A stretch of DNA of 62,941 bases, filler included, from Asterionella formosa (taxonomy: Eukaryota): NCBI GenBank assembly GCA_002256025.1. It is 22 parts of 22 records of this genome, joined end to end, with 100 filler letters (N's around TTAATTAATTAA, not from the genome) between each part and the next. Parts side by side here need not be neighbours in the genome. Positions count along the whole stretch, not along the records: positions 26,483 to 45,262 come from NKIB01003954.1; positions 45,363 to 46,527 come from NKIB01003955.1; positions 46,628 to 47,791 come from NKIB01003956.1; 19 more parts are not named here. One strand, given 5' to 3'. The first letter of the stretch is position 1, and each line of letters starts with the position of its first letter. Below, piece by piece: positions 36,012 to 47,618 of this stretch. The notes under the pieces were generated by a model that searched no databases, was not told the origin of the DNA, and saw nothing but the letters and a program-made list of their open reading frames with translations. The translations under genes and the position numbers were made by a program.

Positions 36012-39000
36012 ATGAGCAACCAAGCAGTGGAAGAAGACTTGTACGACGAATTTGGAAACTACATTGGCCCTGATCTTGAGGATTCTTCTGATTCTGATTC
36101 TGACGACGACGCACCCGACGACAATAGCGAAGTTTCAGAGGAAGCAGCTATAGTTGCACTCCAGAATGCTGACACCATTGAAGAATCAGAACTAGCAGAC
36201 CCCATTCATGCCATTGTCTTGCACGAAGACAAGGTCCATTACCCCTCTGCCGGTGATGTGTACGGAGAAGATGTACGGACGGCTGTTCTGGATGAAGATG
36301 CCATGGACTTGAATGTTCCACTAGTGGAACCAATCAAGAACCAAACGACAAGAGCATCGTTGGAACGTCACGACTGGTTAGTAAATGAGGACTATTTGTC
36401 CGCCTTGGTGGGGACGAACAACACGACGAAGCGGGGTGTGGCCATTGTGGGCCATTTGCATTCGGGGAAAACTACCTTTATTGACATGGTTTTGGAAAAG
36501 GCGTTTCGTCAACCGGATGCATGGGGTCCTAGGGCGTCTTTGAATGCTCAAGATGGAGGCGGACCCAGATACTGTGATATACTGCTATCGGAACAGTCGA
36601 GGCAGATGAGCTTAGTATCGACTCCCATCGCAACAGTACTTCCTGATACAAGAGGCAAGTCGTTTCTAATCACAATGATTGATTGTCCGGGGCATGTTCA
36701 GTTTCATGACGAGTCGGTGGCTGCACTAAGGGCGGTGGATGGAGCAGTAATTGTGCTGGATGCTGTAGAGGGAATCATGATGCACACGGAAATGCTGGTC
36801 AAACAAGCCATTTCCGAAGGTCTTCCCATTACCATGCTCATCAACAAAGTCGATAGATTGATCATTGAATTGAAACTGCCTCCCAGAGATGCATACTACA
36901 AACTACTAAACTTAGTGGAAGGCATGAATGACCTGATCGCCAGTTCCTCAAATGGAAAGTACCCACTTCTAAATCCGGCAAAGAACAATGTCGCATTTGC
37001 GTCGGCTCAACATGGATGGTGCTTTACATTAAAATCTTTTGCTGAATTGTATTTGGATCACTTATGTGAACATGGACTCGGAAACAATCTAAGCACAGAC
37101 GACTTTGCCCTCCGCCTTTGGGGCGACGCATACTTGGACCCGATCACCAAAACATTTCACAAGTCAACACGCTCATGCCAAACACCAGGCGTCGAACGGA
37201 CCTTTTGCACCTTGGTATTGGGACCGCTATATAAGCTGTACACGGCATGCTTAGGAGAACACCAAGACGACGTCAATAAACTCTTACGTAAAGTTGGGGT
37301 CCTACTTAGTAAGGATCAATTACGGGCTAGCGCAAGACCACTATTGCGAAGTGCCTGTTCTCGTTTCTTTGCCACCACTACTGCTGGTTTTGTCGATATG
37401 CTGGTTCACCATGTACCTTCTCCTGATGTAGCAGCCAAGGGAAAGGTGGCGAGATGCTATACTGGACCAATGGATTCGGCCGTTGCAACCAGTATGATTG
37501 CTTGTGATGCAGCCACCGCAACGCTCATGATTCATTGTGTCAAATTGTATGCAGCAGATGATGGGCAATCATTCTCTGTACTGGGTCGAATCTATTCAGG
37601 GACAGTCACACCAGGTGATCGTGTCAAGGTGTTGGGTGAAGGCTACTCACCAGAAGATGACGAAGATATGGCCGTGGCCACTATCGCTGCTGTTTCTATT
37701 CCTCGGGGTAGGTCCAGAACGGAAGTGACGCGAGCCACCGCAGGGAATTGGGTCTTGTTGGATGGGGTAGATGCCACCATTTCCAAAACAGCCACCCTAA
37801 CTTCCATGGGCGATGAGGAGGTCCAAATCTTTGCACCACTTTCGTTTCCCCAGGTAGGATTCTCGGGTTGTTGTGATTTGTCGTATGTATCGAGTCATTT
37901 TCTTTGTTGCTCACACATTTGATGACATTTGTAGGCCGGCGGAGAATCCACTATGAAACTTGCCATAGAACCTATCAAACCAGCTGAATTACCAAAAATG
38001 GTGGAGTCTCTCCGACGTATTTCCAAAGCGTATCCCATGGCCAGGACACGAGTTGAAGAAAGTGGTGAACATGTCTTGTTTGGGACAGGTGAATTGTACA
38101 TGGACTGCATGATGCATGATCTTCGTAGTGTCTATTCTGATATTGAAGTTAAGGTAGCAGATCCTGTGGTCGGCTTTCGCGAAACAGTGGTCGAGACCAG
38201 CAGTTTGAAATGTTTTGCTGAGTCGGCCAACAAGCGCAACAAATTAACTTTGATTGCTGAACCCTTGGACGATGGTTTGGCAGAGGATTTGGAAGCTGGA
38301 AAAATTCATCTACATTGGGACAAGAAGAAGTTTGGTCGCTTCTTTCAAACAAAGTATGACTGGGATTTACTGTCATCCCGATCTATCTGGGCCTTCGGGT
38401 CGTCTCCGACACATGGGACCAATATACTTATGGATGACACACTACCGAGTGAAGTGGACAAGCTCCTATTGGGATCTTGCAAGTCTAGCATCGTCCAAGG
38501 TTTTCAATGGGCGAGTCGAGAAGGTCCCCTTTGTGAAGAACCCGTCCGAAGCACGAAGATCAAGATTCTTGATGCCATCTTAGCCGACAAGCCCATTCAT
38601 CGTGGCGGTGGTCAACTGATTCCCACAGCACGACGAACGGTCCATTCCGCAATATTGACGGCAACGCCTCGATTGATGGAACCAGTCTACAGGCTGCAAA
38701 TTCAATGTCCCGGCGAAATTGTTGACGCCATTCAGCCCATTTTGAACCGGCGCCGTGGACATATCGTGCAGGACAAGCCCATCTCCGGATCCACAATGTT
38801 TTCTGTGAAGGCATTTTTACCTGTCTTGGATTCGTTTGGGTTTGAAACCGACTTGCGGACTTTTACCCAAGGCCAAGCCATGGTGCATTCAGTCTTTGAT
38901 CATTGGGCGATTGTTCCTGGAGATCCCTTGGACAAGAACATAATTCTTCATCCGTTAGAACCTAGTCCGCCACAATGTTTGGCGCGAGAGTTGTTGATCA

Positions 39001-39110
39001 AGACCCGGCGGCGAAAGGGTCTATCGGAAGATGTTTCGATCAGCAAGTTTTTCGATGAGGGGATGAAGACGCATTTGGCCCAAGACGAAGACGATGTTTT
39101 AATGCAATAG
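36012..39110 (+). CDS. EFTUD2: U5 snRNP 116-kDa GTPase (Snu114); exons 36012-37853 and 37935-39110
   Basis: Acidic N-terminus [40 protein letters not shown] and [10 protein letters not shown]; phase-0 GT-AG intron. Confidence 0.97.
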
Positions 39111-40493
39111 ATTCCGTTTGATATGTGCATAAATGCTATTGCAATACGTGGGCGCACAAAGTCTGGCGTTATTTGACTTCTGCCACCTACTTTAAACTCC
39201 AAGAAGAAGGAAAAACCGAATTAATTTTCTATACGTGAATCGAAGTTACATTCTCCCTGGCTCTTGCAGAACCTCACCATTGGTTTAGTAAAATATAAAA
39301 TCTCGATAACAAAGATGAATCAATGGTTTTAGTCTTATGAAAAATGTCATACAGAGCTCTAATCCTTGATACAAGGTTGTGCCATCACACCTCATCAGCC
39401 GGGCCGGAACTTACGCCTTGAGGATGGTAAAGGGGTTCTCATATACCGGGATGTAGGTGATTGGATTTCCCGGTATCATACCGGTAGTATGGCTGAAGGA
39501 TCAAAAAGGCCTCCTGCCGCAGCCATGCATGTATCACTTACAGATCTGGTACCAGGGAGTACCAAGTACAGAGGAAGGATTCTCCAATTACTAACATATA
39601 TAGCGGTACCTGGTACGGAATACTTATGAGTCCTGATGATTGTAACATCATCGTGGTTACTGACTACCGGTACCTGGTACCCTGGTACCAGGTACGAAAT
39701 ACACGAACATACTACCGGTATATTTTCCTTCATTGTTTATGATCATATTCATACCGGTCTATAACTAATCACAAAAATCCTTCCGCAAGTATCGGCCATC
39801 GCGAGCGAATCAATCCTGAGGAAAGAAACCTGAATCATATACGGTACCTGGTAGTAATATCTCTGCTGCAGTCTTTTTTATTCCCCGTATCCATCTCCAT
39901 GTTGACGGCAACCAGGTCTATTTAAAAGTTTAGCTATCTTTGTCCTATATTAAATTGTTTGTTTAGGCTAAATGACCGCAACTTGCTGGTATGCTGTCTA
40001 CCTTTGTGGTGTAGCACGGTTCTCCTTTCGGCTGGATGTTATTTGCCTCCGCCTATGTAGACAGCAGGATTCGATCATGCAAATAGCTACGACCGGTACA
40101 TCCTCATGATGTGAAACACATACCGGTATTTATCTTTCTATGAACAAAAATCCTTTGATGAGCGATCATCACAGCACAGGGTTGCTCACAAACTCAATCT
40201 CTTGCGGTGAGTGATGCGGCTTGACGATGCTGCCCGAAAGAAAACCATCTCCTCCTCTATGAAGATACCTGAATCTGTATGGAAAGTCGGGGGAGGACGA
40301 ATGGAACGAGCAACGAGAGATGTAAATCAATTAATGCAGGATCGTCACAGATTCCGAATCAGTGGTGACTGACTGTTCTTCGATTTTGTTCGTACTCCTT
40401 AACTGACGCTCACCTTGTCCCTTCACTTCCTTATTCCACAGACTATTCGAATTACTGTTCCTCTTCTCTTACATAATCAATTAACCATACATC

Positions 40494-41957
40494 ATGTCCT
40501 GCGATATCGGCCTTTGGGGACTGGCTGTCATGGGGCAGAACTTCGCGCTCAACATGGCGGAACACGGCTTCAGCGTTTGTGTCGGAAACCGTTCTCCTGA
40601 GAAGGTGACTGCTACTGTGCAACGCGCCAAGGACGAGGGAGATCTTCCCTTGATTGGAGCTTATTCCGCCGAGGACTTCTGCTCCCAACTCTCCTTGCCT
40701 CGCAAGATTGTTATTCTCGTCCAGGCCGGAAAGCCGGTTGATGAGACGATTGCTCACCTCAGCCAGTACTTGGAACCAGGTGACATCATTGTGGACGGAG
40801 GAAACGAGTGGTACCCCAACACCATTCGTCGCGGTGAAGAGTTGGCAGGGAAGGGCATCCTATTCGTCGGGATGGGGATTTCGGGAGGAGAGGAGGGTGC
40901 TCGCAATGGACCATCCCTCATGCCGGGTGGCCCAAGGGAGGCATACGATGCGCTTGAGCCAATCATTACGAAATGCGCGGCTCAGATTGGCGACGAGGCA
41001 TGTACTGGTTACGTGGGACCTGTCGGAAGTGGAAACTACGTCAAGATGGTTCACAACGGCATCGAATATGGGGACATGCAGCTCATTTCGGAAGTATATG
41101 ACATCCTCCGTCGTGTTGTCGGTATGAGTAACGACGAGATGTCTGCTCTCTTTCAAGAGTGGAACAAGGGAGAGCTTAATTCTTTCCTAATCGAGATTAC
41201 CTACAAAATTCTCTCGAAGAAGGACGACCTTACTGGTCAGGGACACGTTGTTGACTATGTCCTTGACAAGACAGGGATGAAAGGAACAGGCCGTTGGACT
41301 GTTCAGGAAGCCGCCGAGCTCTCCGTTGCCGCCCCTACACTTGCTGCCTCCCTCGACTCGCGTTATATTTCTGGACGCAAGGATGAGCGTATCGCTGCCT
41401 CCAAGGTGCTAGAAGGACCCGCTGTCATGCCGAACTTTGACAAGGAACAACTGCTCAGTGACCTTCAGGCTGCACTATATTGCTCCAAGGTTTGCTCCTA
41501 CGCGCAGGGTCTTGGAATTATCAAGGCTGCATCTGAACACAACAACTGGAACGTGAACTTATCTTCTTGTGCTCGCATGTGGCGCGGTGGATGCATCATT
41601 CGCGCCGCACTCCTCGAAAAGATCCAGGCCGCCCTCGCCCGCGATCACGACCTTCCAAACCTAATGGTTGATCCCACCTTTGCGTCCGAGCTTAATTCTC
41701 GTCAAATGGCGTGGCGTCGTGTCGTCACCATGAGTATTGCGACTGGTATTGCTTGCCCCGCGTTAAGCACTTCATTGACCTACTATGACCAGTACCGTCG
41801 GGAGTCACTTGGTGCCAACCTTGTCCAGGCCCAGCGTGATTTCTTTGGAGGACACACCTATGAGCGCACGGACCGCCCAGGAACGTTTCATACTGCTTGG
41901 ACAGATGCTCATAAAGATATTGGCGACTTATCTGGCCGTGTTGCTGGGGAGCTCTAA
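40494..41957 (+). CDS. gnd: 6-phosphogluconate dehydrogenase, decarboxylating (no targeting peptide, likely cytosolic)
   Basis: GLAVMG NADP-binding motif, DGGNEWY, SGGEEGA, KMVHNGIEYGDMQ, KGTGRW and QAQRDFFGGHTY. Confidence 0.98.
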   Translation: MSCDIGLWGLAVMGQNFALNMAEHGFSVCVGNRSPEKVTATVQRAKDEGDLPLIGAYSAEDFCSQLSLPRKIVILVQAGKPVDETIAHLSQYLEPGDIIVDGGNEWYPNTIRRGEELAGKGILFVGMGISGGEEGARNGPSLMPGGPREAYDALEPIITKCAAQIGDEACTGYVGPVGSGNYVKMVHNGIEYGDMQLISEVYDILRRVVGMSNDEMSALFQEWNKGELNSFLIEITYKILSKKDDLTGQGHVVDYVLDKTGMKGTGRWTVQEAAELSVAAPTLAASLDSRYISGRKDERIAASKVLEGPAVMPNFDKEQLLSDLQAALYCSKVCSYAQGLGIIKAASEHNNWNVNLSSCARMWRGGCIIRAALLEKIQAALARDHDLPNLMVDPTFASELNSRQMAWRRVVTMSIATGIACPALSTSLTYYDQYRRESLGANLVQAQRDFFGGHTYERTDRPGTFHTAWTDAHKDIGDLSGRVAGEL

Positions 41958-42316
41958 TATACCAAGTAACATGCCGTGCCCCTCCTCATCATTCGCACTT
42001 ATTTGTTGTATGTGTTGGCGGACGTAGTCTCATGTATAGTGAATTGAATCAAGGAGGGTAGACACAGAAAACTATCAATGAAATCCCCGTGAAGTTTATT
42101 TCATTTCATTTATATATAAATCTTGATTGTATAAACTCCTTCAAACATGAGGGCAGCGACGTTATCAATAGATCACACCTCCAGTAACAGTGAGCAACGC
42201 GATCACGTGTATTCATCTTTATTATTTGATTCTAATTTAAAAAGCTCGACTATAGGTAGCATACGATAACTTTGGTCAACCAACATATTGTGTAGCAGGC
42301 AGTGCGACGAATATCT

Positions 42317-43202
42317 TTAACGTCCTTTGGTTCGATCGTTTGAATTTACCATATACTTTCCTTTGATATAGGGACCATTTTCATCTTCCCATTCTTCACA
42401 CTCTGTACTAAACTCGTTCATTTCGCAAGGAGAAATCGCTCCATATTGCTGACCTCCAGGAAAGGAAATCAATTTCAATGACTTGAAATCGAGGGGGCCA
42501 ATTCCATTGTCATATTTTGAAATGTCCTGCAAGACAGAGATGGATGGGTTGACAAGTACATGAGTGAAAATTACAATTTTGTTGAAAGTCAGAATAGTCT
42601 TGATCACTTGTGCTTACTCGTTCCTTTGGAATGGCCGCAACGAACTCGAATTCCACTGATGTGTCCTTGGTTGTAATAGACTCAATCATGGCAAATTGTC
42701 CAGCATCTGTACTAAGGTCAGGATTATTCGCCAAGACAGAATCGCCAGAATCCCCATCTGTAATGAATCCGTAAACTCCAACCTTTTCTAAATCCTATAC
42801 ATAGTAAGAGGTAGAGTAGACGTTTCGTGAGTGCCTTGGTGCAAAGCAGCAAAACGTAGATATTCAGAGACACGCCTGTCATCAACATACCTTGGGCGGC
42901 GCTTCGGCAAGATCCGCCTTGACTGTGACACATAAGCCTCGAAGGCCTTTCATGGCCTTTTCTCCAGGAATGGGCTTGTCGCTGGGACATGGAATAGCTG
43001 TGTAGACTGGATTTAACAGTTGTACCTTGACTGGCCCGACTGCTTGAGCGGGTGCTGCTGCCACCAGCCCGAAGGCTGCCACACCGGCAAGAAACGTTCG
43101 TCGATCCGGTGTCGTCGCGTAGCTTTCGAGCGAAGGTCGAAGCGTCCTCTGTGATGAAGTAAAGGCCGAAATGGCAGTTGCCAGGAAGAGTACCCGATAC
43201 AT
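42317..43202 (-). CDS. Plastid thylakoid-lumen protein of unknown function (232-aa precursor); exons 43202-42891, 42794-42618, 42526-42317
   Basis: Signal peptide with ISAF cleavage motif, DRRTFL Tat motif and AQA site. Two phase-0 GT-AG introns give one continuous frame. Confidence 0.88.
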
Positions 43203-44987
43203 CTTCAGTGTTGTTTAAATGTGTTTTTCTGTGAATCTATATCGATACTCCGAGCATTGATTTTTGTTTATTGAGAAGCCCTCGAAATAAACGATTTACC
43301 ACAGTATTATAGTACTGTACCGTATTCAATATTCGGTCAGTGCGTAATAAAATATTTCATGGATGCCATACTGGTGAATGATATACCGGTATATAAGGGG
43401 TATATACATACATGCTATTTTTGTTGCTGAGTTCTTTCGTTGATGTCGACTTTCTTTCATCACCTACTTATCAGTATCAGCCCACCACACCAGCCATCAT
43501 TCTTGGATATTGATTGATGCTCCTTGCCGCCCGGGTTGTTTGCCAGGACGACGCATGGCACACATCATGGGTCATACATACATGCTGAGACACATGCATC
43601 ATGTCATAAATGCCATTCGTATGCATACTCATGTACTGGGATATACTCTATCTATTAGTCTACATGACTATTTAGTATACGGTGCATACTTTGCTACCTA
43701 TACCACAGTGCTGGTGCCGCTGTTGACGTACGTACCACTACGACACACATAGAACAAACAAGCAGATGGATACTATAACATAGCAGACACCCAATTTGAC
43801 GATATGATAGTTACCCATTTATAGTATTTATGTACCCCTGGTAATCAATCTGTTATGTCATTTCAGCTGAATTGTTTTCTTCAGCCTGTAAAATCTGGTG
43901 AATAGATTTGTTCTTGGCTCATATTTTATGAATTTTTCTGATGCAGGCTACTAAATGATAAATCCTACTATGTTAACTATTTCACATAATAACACTTTTC
44001 TCTATCGATACATTTGATTTATTTAGGTATTTGGAGGATGAGAAAGTGACAGTGATTGAATGCTTACTTGCAGCTATGTGCAGCTACTTGTAGTGAATCT
44101 TCCATAGAAGTCAATGCACAACCAAATCTATTGATTGATTGTTCACAGTCATCATTCTTGTACTAGATAGCTACTTACACTGGAATAGCTCCTCTGATTT
44201 GACATGAGTTCTTTGAAGAATAATCGCAAAAAGGCAGTAGTGATGAAGCGTATGTGTTGTGTGAATTTTCATACAGTTCTTCATCTTGCTTCATCTAATG
44301 ATGGCAAAGCCACTGTCAGCAGTGGTGGTGCACATAAAATGAGAGAATCATTTAAAGATCATTCCAATGCTTTAGCTTTTGGAAAACATAATAAAAATGC
44401 GACTGCAGGAAAAACTCCAGGTGCGGAAACTGGAACAAAGGCTGTACGAAGGACACAACAGGAACAATGAGTGCAACTGCACAAACCGGTACAATGACTG
44501 CAAAGAATGAAAATGCGGCAGCTAGAATGAATCCAAATGCGGAAATCGGAACAACGACAAAGAAGGACATACAAGGAGCAATGAGTGCAAATGAGCATAA
44601 CACTGGAACAATGAGGACTGCAAAGAAGGAAACAATAGGACCAATGAAAAAATCGAATCACCAATCTGCTGAGATGAAAAAACTAATTGGAAGCAAATCT
44701 TTGCCAACTTTTCATACCAATGATAAAAAATTGAAATGGCTGCAGATGAGGACCGCTGGATCATGTCATAGAAGTCAGTCACTACACATCAAAAAGATGG
44801 GTATAATCAAGGCCCGATTGCTTGCCTTGTTCTGGGTTTGGTTTTTGAACCTGAAACTGTTCGCATATCAGTAATTTTTCCACAAAATTATTGCTCCATT
44901 GTTGTGACAATGTTTAAGGAAAGGGTCAATCTTTTCAATACTGAATTGACCTGCTGACCAAGTCAACTACCGCCCAGTATGTCAGAA

Positions 44988-45172
44988 TGTGTCTGTTAGG
45001 CTGTTGATGTCGACAGGTGTCCGAAGACTAGGTAGTCTGAGGAATGTCTAAACGGAAATAGACAGGATTTATATAGCAGAAGAATCTGCAGACGAGCGGC
45101 GTGAGAAAGATCTTGACCGGTCATTCCAGGGCAGTACTGGAGCGCGCTAGAGTAGCGCCATATATTTCAACA
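44988..45172 (+). mobile_element. Short LTR-like repeat, copy 2, followed by PBS-like TGGTAGCG
   Basis: TG...CA bounded 185-bp unit homologous to 588-774; TGGTAGC begins immediately after the terminal CA. Confidence 0.7.
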
Positions 45173-45547
45173 TGGTAGCGGGCTCGTTAGTACAAGTGGT
45201 ACGAGGAAGAACATGAAAACCAGAGGTCGACAGTTCGAGTCCATCAGCAAGAACAGAAAGAANNNNNNNNNNNNNNNNNNNNNNNNNNNNNNNNNNNNNN
45301 NNNNNNTTAATTAATTAANNNNNNNNNNNNNNNNNNNNNNNNNNNNNNNNNNNNNNNNNNNNAATATCCCGTGTTAAAATAGCGGTGATATCCAACCTGT
45401 AATTATCCTGTAAATAACAAAAGTTATTCAGGTAATGATTGACGTAAGACATATTCAATGTGCTGTCGCTCATAAATATATATATATATATGTATATTAT
45501 TAAAATCATAGCATTGTTGCTATTGTCGCACATAATTCTGTTAAGGC

Positions 45548-45713
45548 GATATGTTCAGCATTCTGCTGGTTTTTTATTAGGCACATCGGCCACTAACTGA
45601 CCAACAGGAGGGTTCATGACCGTTAAAATTTCCTGGGCAGATATGTTCAGCATTCTGCTGGTTTTTTATTAGGCACATCGGCCACTAACTGACCAACAGG
45701 AGGGTTCATGACC
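45548..45713 (+). repeat. Direct repeat, 74-bp unit x2 (18-bp spacer)
   Basis: GATATGTTCAGCATTCTGC...GGGTTCATGACC occurs at 45548 and 45640. Confidence 0.9.
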
Positions 45714-46220
45714 ACTGGAACTTGAGAGGACATCAACAATATTAATTCTAATTGGACTCTTTTTGAATTCAAAGTGAAGTATCTAACTAGAAGTAGTAGT
45801 ATTTGTTGAATATATGAGCTTATTTGTTAATCCTTGTGTGTAACTCGTTCTCCAAGTCGACACCAAAGTATACAATGAGGGTTAGTCGAGTTCTCTCATT
45901 ATTGAGTTCTGATACATATATGATATAACACTAACCCTATATACATCTGTATTGATGCGCAAGATCGCTCACCTGGTACCTGGTACGGAGCACCGTGTCT
46001 TATCCATGTTGTTTATGTTCTTGTCTTGAATTCAATCTTTTGCTACGATTCAAATCACTTTCAGTTCACAACTTCGATGACTGGGATTACCTCTACCGGT
46101 ATGTACTGTACAGATCATAAAATAAAAAGTATTTCCGGCAAGCTTACAATGATTGGAAACGAAGACAGGAAGCCACTACCGATAGTTATGAATAGCAATC
46201 GCAGCAGGCCTGAGGAGCAA

Positions 46221-46527
46221 ATGATAACTGACACGACGAACGATATTCAGCGCCTCGTTCAACGCTATGCTCCATCTGAAATGGACGATGACACAATAGA
46301 ATACCTTGTAGCAGTTCTGCATGAGCAAGGCGATACGTTAGATTTGGTGCATATGCTAGGAGATGTATTAGATGCTGGCACAGCAAGTGAGCTCGCTGCT
46401 GATATTGCTAAGCTCAAGGCTACAAATGCTACCGTTTCCGTGATACCATCAAGCCCCAAGCAGCGACAAGCAACTGATCGACCGCTCAGCCCAGGGTTCA
46501 ACGAAATATCCGATTCATCCGATAATG
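46221..46527 (+). CDS. Protein N-terminus (truncated), resembling the helical N-domain of ABCF3/GCN20-type proteins
   Basis: MDDDTIEYLVAVLHE pattern; frame open to the contig end. No ABC motif is visible in the fragment. Confidence 0.4.
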
Positions 46528-47552
46528 NNNNNNNNNNNNNNNNNNNNNNNNNNNNNNNNNNNNNNNNNNNNTTAATTAATTAANNNNNNNNNNNNNNNNN
46601 NNNNNNNNNNNNNNNNNNNNNNNNNNNACAGCGGCTACAGGCAATGACTACTGCACCGCAACCGCTTCACTCGCAATACTAATCACGCACCTTGTTCACC
46701 CACAATTCAATATGTTCTCCTTTCTTATACGTATGAGTCGATGTCCCTGCTGACGCAAGGCCAAGCAGAGTACTGACAAGAAAAAGGCGAGTAGTCATGA
46801 TGATGAATCGCATCGTCCTTGACGCTCGTCGTTCTTGGAATGATGTTGGTTGCCGCTGCCCTTTACTTTTTGGCTACCGGTAATGGAAAAGCAATGCAAG
46901 CAATAATTAAATATGAAAAAATAAAATAATTTAGTCATAGAAACTAGAAAATGACATTTTCACAATGGGAGATAGTAAGGACCGGTGGTACCTACCGGTA
47001 ACAAGTCCAGAAAAGAAACATGTAGAAAAAAATATAGACACCCTTAGTCCACATGTTACTATTATTATATTCGCACCGGTAGTAATTGCTGTAGACTGTG
47101 TGAAATATGTACCCGGCACATTCATTTCACTTTGCTTACCGGTATAACAATACCTGGTACTGGTATCCTGCTATGTTACACAATATATATACCCGGTATG
47201 CATGTGAAAACGATACATGTACTGTATGCAATGCTGACGACGTATTTAAATATAATTAGTCAATGTATACCGGTATGTAGCAACAAATTTAGATATTTAG
47301 CTTGAATGATTTTTGACAAAATGATCACGGATACTTACAACGAGGTTTCGTACCAGACCGCACCACCACAGACATATTTTCCAGTCTGAAATCGGTAGTT
47401 CCAGTTACCGTTATACTGCTGCAACTGGATCAGAAGCACGAGGTCTACTAGCATGTATGTAACGGTATACCGGTAGGGAAGATATATAGTAATTTTTTTG
47501 CCATGATGGGTAGAGGTCTCGTTAGAGGTCCTGCTCCTCAGTGGCTCCTCTT

Positions 47553-47614
<62 letters not shown>
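47553..47614 (+). repeat. Compound microsatellite (TCTG)n(TG)n
   Basis: Directly visible. Confidence 0.95.
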
Positions 47615-47618
<4 letters not shown>

